Shown piece after piece: positions 29,801 through 36,822 of a stretch of 37,835 nt of DNA. The DNA lies in contig JAMWCT010000001.1 of the NCBI GenBank assembly GCA_023819525.1, forward strand, positions 1 through 37,835, read 5' to 3'. The DNA is from Candidatus Omnitrophota bacterium. Lineage in GTDB: Bacteria > Omnitrophota > Gorgyraeia > Duberdicusellales > 4484-171. The position numbers were made by a program, and so were the translations under genes. Each line of letters begins with the position of its first letter. Within the stretch, counting starts at the first letter, position 1. Below the pieces are notes generated by a model, which did no database searches, was not told where the DNA came from, and worked only from the letters and a program-made list of their open reading frames with translations.

Positions 29801-31636
29801 ATGTTTAAGGTTCTTCTATGTATCCCGCCAGATTACGAATATAGTTACCCACCTCTTGGGACAGCTTCGCTTTGCGGTTTTTTGAAAGCAAAAAAAATAG
29901 ATACCCTACAAATGGATTTAAACATACTTTATAGAAAATTTCTTTTAAATAAAATTGAAGCAGATTTTTTAGATACCCATCAAAAAAAGAAAATTTTAAA
30001 GCAAATTCTCTTTAATTTCTTTCATAAAAAATTAAAAGATAGATATTATTCTGATTTTTTACCAAGAAATACTGATAGAATTTTTCCATTTTTACCTTAT
30101 GAAAACAATTCAAATAGTTCCTTTTATTTTACCGAAAGACTACTTTCTTCTGAATATCTTTTTTATTATCTTTCTGATATCAAAGAAAATACTTTTTATC
30201 AATTTTACCAACAAGAAAAAATTTTAGATTTTTTGGATAAAGAAAAAATTAATTTATGTGGAATATCTGTTATCTCCCCTTCACAGGTAATTGCATCTTT
30301 AACCTTAGGTTTTTTAATTAAAAAGAACTTACCGCATATACATATAACTTTTGGTGGACAATGGGTGACTTTATATAGGAAGGCTTTACTTAAAAGAAAA
30401 AAATTTTTTTCCTGTTTTGATAGTTTAGTTGTCTTTGAAGGAGAAACCCCTCTTTATAGACTTTGCTGTATGTTAAAGCAAAAAAGAAAGTATTATATTA
30501 AAAATTTAATATTTAAAGAGACAAAAGAAGATTTTACCTATAACCATACTGAAGAAGACCTAAATAAATTGCCAACTCCAGATTTTGATGGCCTGCCTTT
30601 GAAAGAATACGACGCAAATGACTTTAAAACTATAACATTAACTTATGAAACCTCAAGAGGTTGTTATTGGGCAAGATGTGCATATTGCGTAGATTTACCT
30701 TTACCTAAACCAACTTATAGAAAAAAAGCAGCATATTTAGTTTCAAATGATATAAAAAAATTAAAGAAAAAGTATAAAGCAACAAATCTTCTTTTTAGCG
30801 ATCCAGCGCTTTCGCCGCGTCAAATGCTTGAGGTTTCAAAAGAACTACTAAAAAACCGAATAAAGATAAAATGGTGGTGTATGGCTAGACCAGATAGTGG
30901 TTTTAAGTATGAAATTTTTAAAGCTGCTTTTAGGGCAGGACTTACACATATAAATTTTGGCTTTGAAACAGCAAATGATAGATTGTATAATCTTCTTTCT
31001 AAAGGAACAAAATTAGAAATAGTTAAAAAAGTAATTAGAGATTGCAAAAAAGCAGGTATTTTAGTAGACCTGCAAACAATGTTAGGACTTCCAAAAGAAG
31101 GCTTTCAAGAAGGTTTAAATACAATAGAGTTTTTGGTAAAAAATAAAAAATACATCTTTAATGTTAGTTTCAATCTTTATTATCTTACCCCTCAAAATCA
31201 TATATTTTGTCAACCAGAAAAATATCAAATAGAATATAAGCAAAAATACCCATTTAGTTTTTTTATACCTTTTAGAAATAGAGAAGGCCTGACAAGAAAA
31301 GAAGCTTATCTACTTTGGTTACTTTATGAAAAACTTATCAATAAAGAAAAAACTTACAATTTAGGTCCTTTAGAATCTATTAAAATACCTAATTATATAG
31401 AAGAAAAAATAATTCGTTTTAAGTTGCTTGAAGAATCAATTAAATTGTATTGTCTTTTTGATACAAAATCTAAAAAATTTATAGTTATGGATAGAATAAG
31501 GAAGAATATGTTGAAGCTACTGGAGAATAAAAATTTTCACCATTTAGCAAAAGAGCAAATTGATTTTTTAAATTATCTTCTAAAAGAAAAATTTTTAAAA
31601 AAAACTCCAAAATATGGCCGAGAAACTGCTCTTTAA
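29801..31636 (+). CDS. B12-binding-domain radical SAM protein
   Basis: N-terminal KVLLCIPPDYEYSYPPLGTASLCGFL and ISVISPSQV (B12-binding Rossmann pattern). Radical SAM cluster region TSRGCYWARCAYC, followed by NFGFETANDR. The start is set at ATG 29801, 7 nt after the upstream stop. Confidence 0.75.
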   Translation: MFKVLLCIPPDYEYSYPPLGTASLCGFLKAKKIDTLQMDLNILYRKFLLNKIEADFLDTHQKKKILKQILFNFFHKKLKDRYYSDFLPRNTDRIFPFLPYENNSNSSFYFTERLLSSEYLFYYLSDIKENTFYQFYQQEKILDFLDKEKINLCGISVISPSQVIASLTLGFLIKKNLPHIHITFGGQWVTLYRKALLKRKKFFSCFDSLVVFEGETPLYRLCCMLKQKRKYYIKNLIFKETKEDFTYNHTEEDLNKLPTPDFDGLPLKEYDANDFKTITLTYETSRGCYWARCAYCVDLPLPKPTYRKKAAYLVSNDIKKLKKKYKATNLLFSDPALSPRQMLEVSKELLKNRIKIKWWCMARPDSGFKYEIFKAAFRAGLTHINFGFETANDRLYNLLSKGTKLEIVKKVIRDCKKAGILVDLQTMLGLPKEGFQEGLNTIEFLVKNKKYIFNVSFNLYYLTPQNHIFCQPEKYQIEYKQKYPFSFFIPFRNREGLTRKEAYLLWLLYEKLINKEKTYNLGPLESIKIPNYIEEKIIRFKLLEESIKLYCLFDTKSKKFIVMDRIRKNMLKLLENKNFHHLAKEQIDFLNYLLKEKFLKKTPKYGRETAL

Positions 31637-31988
31637 ACTTACAGGCTCAAGCATGTATCCATTAATAAGGGAGGGAAGTTATATTTTAGTTAAGCCAACA
31701 AAAAAAATTTTTTTTGGTGAACTTGTTGTTTTCAAAGAGGGCGATAAGATTATCTGTCACCGTTTAATTTTTAAAAAAAATCATTTTTTTTATTCTAAGT
31801 CTGATACTGAACTTTTTAGAATAGAAAAATTAAATATAGAAAATATTTTAGGAAAAGTGGTAATGGTTATAGATTTTAAAAAACGTATATTTTTAAATAA
31901 TTTTTTTTGGTATCTCAAAAGTTTATTATTTTTTTTCTTTACCCCAATTTTAGTAATATTTCTTAATTTTTTTAAAAAAAATGAATAG
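31614..31988 (+). CDS. S26B (Sec11/SipW, Ser-His type) signal-peptidase-like protein with a C-terminal TM helix
   Basis: GSSMYPLI (box B Ser13), GELVVF (box C), ICHRLI (box D with His49, not Lys), SKSDTE (weak box E). Hydrophobic tail FFWYLKSLLFFFFTPILVIFLNFF. There is no N-terminal TM or signal sequence. Confidence 0.6.
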   Translation: MAEKLLFKLTGSSMYPLIREGSYILVKPTKKIFFGELVVFKEGDKIICHRLIFKKNHFFYSKSDTELFRIEKLNIENILGKVVMVIDFKKRIFLNNFFWYLKSLLFFFFTPILVIFLNFFKKNE

Positions 31989-33411
31989 CATTTATATAGT
32001 TGAAGAGCACCATCAAGTTTTAAGAATATGGAGAAAGAAAAAAATTAAAAATTTAGATGTTTTGCACATAGATGCACATCTTGACTGGCAAGTTTTTCTG
32101 GCAAAACCTATAGAACAGATTTTAAGAGATTCAAAAACAATAAAACAACTAAAAGAAGAATTAGAAAACACACTTCTATACTTTCAATACCAAAAGAATT
32201 TAGGAGAACAAACAAATATAGGAAATTACCTATATCCAGCACAAAAAGAAAATATAATAAAAAATATCTGGTGGGTGGTTCCTTCAAAAAATTTATATAA
32301 AGATATAAGCTTAATAAAAAAATTTTTCTTTTATTTAAAAAAAGATTCTCGATTAGCAGAAAAACCAATTTTTAAATTAAAAAATAAAATTTTGAAAGTA
32401 AATTTTGCAGAGCAGGTTTTTTACATTTGCACACTTTATGACCTACCTAAATTTAAAGATGAGGTTATATTAGATATAGATATAGATTTTTTTGTAATTA
32501 ATAATTTAAAAAAAACAGACAATGTAACTGATATCGCAAAAAGAAAACTTTGGATACAGCCAAAAGAAGTAGCAACCCTCTTAAAAGAAAAAGTAAAAAA
32601 CTCTAAAATCATTACTATTTCTTATTCTACTAACGATGGTTTTACTCCAATAGAGTTTAGGTATATAGCTAGTGAACTGGCATTTTATTTTTCACCTCAA
32701 AAATTCAAAAATAGATTTTTAAAAAGTTTTAAAGCGCATATAAATTTTTTCGCATTTAAAGAAACAAAAAAAAGTTTTTACTATTGGCAAGCAGTCAAAT
32801 TAGATAAAGCTTATAGATTTAAAGATAATAACTTTGGTTTTCTTTATTTGAAAATAAAAAAATTTAATTTAGCTAAAAAAGAATTTGAAAATATTTTATC
32901 TGTAGACAAAACTAACCCAGCGGCTCTTTTAGGTTTAGGATTTATATATTTTCATAAGAAAAAATTAAAAGAAGCCAAAAAAAATCTTTATAAAGCTTAT
33001 TATTTTTCAAAAATTCAAAGATTTTTTTCTATCTACAGAAAAGCAATATTTCTTTTGGCTAAATTAGAATTTAGGTTAAAAAATTTTAGAGTATCTAAAA
33101 AATTTTTTTTAAAATTTATCAAAAGCGAATCAACTGAACCAGAGGCTTATTTTTATCTTGCAAGACTGCTCATTTTAGAAAAAAAATTTCTAAAAGCAAC
33201 CATTTACTTAAAAGATGCTGTAAAGTTAGGCTTGGAGGTTGATGGTTTATTTTATTTAGCAAAAATTTTAACCTTCCTAAAGAAAAACAAATATGATATA
33301 ATAAATTTTATAAATCAAAGAATAATCTTTATAAAAAACAAAAAATTAAAAAAGATAAAATATGTAAGAGAAATTTTAAAAAAATTTAAATATGCAGGAG
33401 ATAATCTATAA
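31981..33411 (+). CDS. Arginase/deacetylase-fold (UPF0489-like) domain fused to TPR repeats
   Basis: The N-terminus has IVEEHHQVL, LHIDAHLDW (D31-x-H33-x-D35) and ILDIDIDFF (D165/D167/D169), which mimic the ureohydrolase metal-ligand motifs. The C-terminal half has TPR-like repeats (AALLGLGFIYFHKKKLKEAKKNLYKAY, EAYFYLARLLILEKKFLKATIYLKDAV). Confidence 0.55.
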   Translation: MNSIYIVEEHHQVLRIWRKKKIKNLDVLHIDAHLDWQVFLAKPIEQILRDSKTIKQLKEELENTLLYFQYQKNLGEQTNIGNYLYPAQKENIIKNIWWVVPSKNLYKDISLIKKFFFYLKKDSRLAEKPIFKLKNKILKVNFAEQVFYICTLYDLPKFKDEVILDIDIDFFVINNLKKTDNVTDIAKRKLWIQPKEVATLLKEKVKNSKIITISYSTNDGFTPIEFRYIASELAFYFSPQKFKNRFLKSFKAHINFFAFKETKKSFYYWQAVKLDKAYRFKDNNFGFLYLKIKKFNLAKKEFENILSVDKTNPAALLGLGFIYFHKKKLKEAKKNLYKAYYFSKIQRFFSIYRKAIFLLAKLEFRLKNFRVSKKFFLKFIKSESTEPEAYFYLARLLILEKKFLKATIYLKDAVKLGLEVDGLFYLAKILTFLKKNKYDIINFINQRIIFIKNKKLKKIKYVREILKKFKYAGDNL

Positions 33412-33685
33412 AAAAAATCCTAATTTTGTAGCAAGAGAGATTGTCAATGAATTAGTCTTGGTTCCTATATATAAGGATACAAAAGAACTAAACTGTATTT
33501 ATACTTTAAATAAACCTGCTAAAGTTTTTTGGCAACTTTTAGATGGAAAAAGAACGATTTCGCAAATAAAAAAAGAACTCTTAAAAAAATTTTCTTCTAT
33601 AGATTTAGATAATAATTTTGAAAAGTTAATAAAAGAACTTCTAGAAATAAAAGCAATAAAAAAATCATATGAAACCAAAATTTAA
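33392..33685 (+). CDS. PqqD-family peptide chaperone (RiPP recognition element)
   Basis: 97 aa. FVAREIVNELVLVP...IYTLNKPAKVFWQLLDGKRTISQIKKELLKKF...LIKELLEIKAIK fits the PqqD beta-strand plus three-helix pattern. Confidence 0.8.
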   Translation: MQEIIYKKNPNFVAREIVNELVLVPIYKDTKELNCIYTLNKPAKVFWQLLDGKRTISQIKKELLKKFSSIDLDNNFEKLIKELLEIKAIKKSYETKI

Positions 33686-33866
33686 TCCAAAAATTACCAA
33701 AATCAAATTAAATCCAGAACAAGCAGTTTTAATCTGCAGTTGTTATCGCTCAGGAAGAGTTATAGCTACTAGTGGTACTCGTTCAAGCACTCGGGTTTGT
33801 GGAAGAGGAACTGTAAGAGGATATCCTAGATATGCAACCACAACAACCAGCAGAAGCTGGAGTTAA
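33669..33866 (+). CDS. Candidate RiPP precursor peptide (65 aa)
   Basis: MKPKFNPKITKIKLNPEQAVLICSCYRSGRVIATSGTRSSTRVCGRGTVRGYPRYATTTTSRSWS. The leader is Lys-rich. The core has 8 Arg, 3 Cys and many Ser/Thr/Gly, and ends in Ser. Its start overlaps the PqqD stop by 17 nt, and an rSAM/SPASM gene begins 7 nt after its stop. Core DNA is about 44% GC versus about 24% for the leader (hand count). Confidence 0.65.
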   Translation: MKPKFNPKITKIKLNPEQAVLICSCYRSGRVIATSGTRSSTRVCGRGTVRGYPRYATTTTSRSWS

Positions 33867-33873
33867 TTTTTAA

Positions 33874-34917
33874 ATGCCAGATGAGTTTTATAATTTTTTT
33901 AAAAAATTAGACAATAATCTTTTTATAAACCAAGCCCACCTTGAGATTACATATCGTTGTAACCTAGATTGCGTTTATTGTTATTGTTTAAAAAATTCTA
34001 ATGAAATTAGTACTAATCAATTTAAAAAAATAATTGCTCAGTTAAAGGATTTAAATATTTTTTTCCTTACATTTAGTGGTGGAGAACCTTTTTTAAGAGA
34101 GGATTTTTTAGAACTATATTTATATGCAAAGCAAAAAGGTTTTTTGATAAGTGTATTAACTAATGGAACGCTTTTTAATAAAAAAAATATAGGTGTTTTA
34201 GCAAAAGCACCTCCATATGTAATTGAGATAACTTTAAATGCAATAAGCCAAAAGATTTATCAAAAAATCACACAGACTAATTTTAAAGTAAAAAAAGTTT
34301 TAGAAAATATCAAATTTTTAAAGGAAAAAAATATACCAGTTAAAGTTAAAACTACTGTTTTGAATTTAAATAAAGATGAGTTAATAAAGATTAAAAACTA
34401 TGTGTTTTCTGTTTTAGGAAAACCAAAGAAAGGCTATCTATTTGGTTACGATTTTTATATTTATCCTAAAATTGATGGAGAGAAAACACCAATAAAATAT
34501 AGATTAAATTTTACTCAAATAGAGAATATTTTAAAAAAAGATAGGGATTTATGGCGAGATTGGAAAAAAGAACTGAAAAGAAATTTGCCAAAAATTAATT
34601 TAAAAAATAAATTTTTCTGCACTTTCCCACTACAAAATTTTGTTATCTCGCCTACAGGAAAATTAAAATTTTGTATATTTTCTACTAAATTCAGTCAAGA
34701 TATAAAAGAAAAACCTATTAATTTAACTCACAGAGAACTTCTAAAAAATTTAGAAAATTATTTTCACGAATATAAAAATTCTTGTTATTTTAATTGCAAA
34801 TTTAATAAAACCTGTTTTTGGTGTCCTATAAGGCAAGAACTTGAAGGTAAAAGCAATTTAGATTATTTTTGCGCTTGGGCAAAATATTTTTATAAAGAAA
34901 CAAAAAGATGCAGATAA
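33874..34917 (+). CDS. Radical SAM/SPASM peptide maturase, paralog 1
   Basis: CNLDCVYC (CX3CX2C), FSGGEPFLR, C-terminal CTFPLQNFVISPTGKLKFC (CX12GX4C), CYFNCKFNKTCFWC and a final YFC. Confidence 0.82.
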   Translation: MPDEFYNFFKKLDNNLFINQAHLEITYRCNLDCVYCYCLKNSNEISTNQFKKIIAQLKDLNIFFLTFSGGEPFLREDFLELYLYAKQKGFLISVLTNGTLFNKKNIGVLAKAPPYVIEITLNAISQKIYQKITQTNFKVKKVLENIKFLKEKNIPVKVKTTVLNLNKDELIKIKNYVFSVLGKPKKGYLFGYDFYIYPKIDGEKTPIKYRLNFTQIENILKKDRDLWRDWKKELKRNLPKINLKNKFFCTFPLQNFVISPTGKLKFCIFSTKFSQDIKEKPINLTHRELLKNLENYFHEYKNSCYFNCKFNKTCFWCPIRQELEGKSNLDYFCAWAKYFYKETKRCR

Positions 34918-35969
34918 AAGCTCAAAGTGATTTTTTTTATAAATTGCATAAAGAGGCAATAAAAAGAAGAATTCCTTTGAGAGTTATGTTTGAGATCACA
35001 TATAGATGTAATTTTAGCTGTCAATATTGCTATTTGCCAAAAAGCTATCGAAACATTAAAGAATTAAATAAAAAAGAGGTTTTTTCTATATTAAAAGATT
35101 TAGCAAAAGAAGGGTGTTTTTATTTAGGTTTTAGTGGGGGTGAACCTTTTTTAAGAAATGATTTTTTAGAGATATTAGAATTTTCTAAAAGGTTAGGATT
35201 TTTTATAACTATAAATACAAATGCTTCTTTAATTAACAAAAAAGTTGCAAAAAAAATCATTGATTTGGGCATAAATAAGATTGATATAAATATTATTAGT
35301 CTAAAAGAAGCTATTTTTAGAAAAGTTACAAAAAGTTTACGTTTTAATAAAGTTTTAGATGCTATTTATTTTTTAAAAAGTAAAATTCCTTTGGGATTTA
35401 AAACTTGTATAACAAAATATAATTTTAACCAAATAGAAAATATAAAAAAATTTGCTAAAAGTATGGGGGTTTTTTTAAGATTAGACGATAGACTAAGCCT
35501 TTGTTTAAATGGAGATAACCGTCCTTATAGATTTAGTATATATAAGATTGAAGACCTAGATTTAGATTTATATTTAGAGAAAAAAGTTTCAGTTAAAAAA
35601 TTTAAGGCTATAGATATATTTAGTTGTAAAGCAGGATTTTTACAATGCGCCATTAATCCGGCTGGTAAAATTAAAATATGTGTTGGCATAGATGCCCCTT
35701 TATATAGTTGTAAAAAAAATTTTAAAAGAGCCTGGCAAAGATTGGAAGATTTTTTAAATTTAATTAAAATAGATGATAGATTTAAATGTTTTAGATGTAA
35801 ATTAAAAAATTTTTGTGACTGGTGTCCCGCAAAGTCTTTTCTTGAAAATAAGGACTTTATAAGTTGCGATAAGGAAAGTAGGTTTTTTGCATATCAAGCT
35901 TACAAAAAATATTATGAGCAAACAAATATATTTAAAAATAGCAGATACAGTAGTTTTGTTGGAAAGTAA
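34908..35969 (+). CDS. Radical SAM/SPASM peptide maturase, paralog 2
   Basis: CNFSCQYC, FSGGEPFLR, CKAGFLQCAINPAGKIKIC, CFRCKLKNFCDWC and a final SC. Confidence 0.82.
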   Translation: MQIKAQSDFFYKLHKEAIKRRIPLRVMFEITYRCNFSCQYCYLPKSYRNIKELNKKEVFSILKDLAKEGCFYLGFSGGEPFLRNDFLEILEFSKRLGFFITINTNASLINKKVAKKIIDLGINKIDINIISLKEAIFRKVTKSLRFNKVLDAIYFLKSKIPLGFKTCITKYNFNQIENIKKFAKSMGVFLRLDDRLSLCLNGDNRPYRFSIYKIEDLDLDLYLEKKVSVKKFKAIDIFSCKAGFLQCAINPAGKIKICVGIDAPLYSCKKNFKRAWQRLEDFLNLIKIDDRFKCFRCKLKNFCDWCPAKSFLENKDFISCDKESRFFAYQAYKKYYEQTNIFKNSRYSSFVGK

Positions 35970-36822
35970 ATTTGAATATGCAAAGAACGACAAAGGCATA
36001 GCACCAGAGCGTTTCAGTAATTTTTTTTATAAAAAAGCAATACCGGATATAAAGATAGAGATACAAATAGTAGAAAAGTTCCCCCAAGACTTTTACAGGC
36101 CGGATGGTTTTTCAACAATTCACCCACAGGATAAGTCTTTATGTTGGCAATGGGAAGAAAAAAAAGATTATTTTATTTTTAGAAGTTTAGTAGAAGGTAA
36201 ATTTCAATTAGCACAAATTGAAAAAAATTTCAAAAATGTGAGATTTTTTGTCCTGCCACAAAAAAATAAATTTATATGGTTTGCCACAGATGTAATTTAT
36301 GATTTTTTACAAATACTTTTTTTAGTTTATTTTGCAAAAACAAAAAAAGGGATATTTTTACATGCAAGTGGTATAAATTTATATGGCAGTGGTTTTGTCT
36401 TTGCAGGAAAATCAGGCGTAGGAAAAACTACTTTAGCCAAACTTTGGAATAAATATTCTGATGCAGAAATTTTAAACGATGATAGGATAATTGTGCGAAA
36501 ACAAAATAAGCAATTTTTTATATATGGTTGCCCTTGGCATGGAGCTTTTAGCGATTATTTAAAATCAAGGATGCATCCAGCGCCTTTAAAAAAAGTATTT
36601 TTTATCTATCCGGCTAAAAAAAATATTCTAAAAAAGTTAAATTTTTTTGATGCATTTAAACTTCTATATCCGGCTATTTTTCCTGTCTTTTGGGATAGGC
36701 TTTCGTTAAATAATATATTTTTATTTTTAAACGATTTGTTAGAAAATATAGTTTGTTTCTCTTTAGGATTTAGAAAGACAAAGGATATAATTAAATTTTT
36801 TAAAGAAAAGTGTTTAAATTAG
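35914..36822 (+). CDS. HPr-kinase-like P-loop kinase
   Basis: IFLHASGINLYGSGFVFAGKSGVGKTTLAKLW...ILNDDRIIV matches the HprK C-terminal catalytic core (lHg..v...G.GvLi.G.SG.GKS..A..L......l..DD). The start is set at ATG 35914 (MSKQIYLKIAD). The track start at 35887 is possible. Confidence 0.72.
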   Translation: MSKQIYLKIADTVVLLESKFEYAKNDKGIAPERFSNFFYKKAIPDIKIEIQIVEKFPQDFYRPDGFSTIHPQDKSLCWQWEEKKDYFIFRSLVEGKFQLAQIEKNFKNVRFFVLPQKNKFIWFATDVIYDFLQILFLVYFAKTKKGIFLHASGINLYGSGFVFAGKSGVGKTTLAKLWNKYSDAEILNDDRIIVRKQNKQFFIYGCPWHGAFSDYLKSRMHPAPLKKVFFIYPAKKNILKKLNFFDAFKLLYPAIFPVFWDRLSLNNIFLFLNDLLENIVCFSLGFRKTKDIIKFFKEKCLN

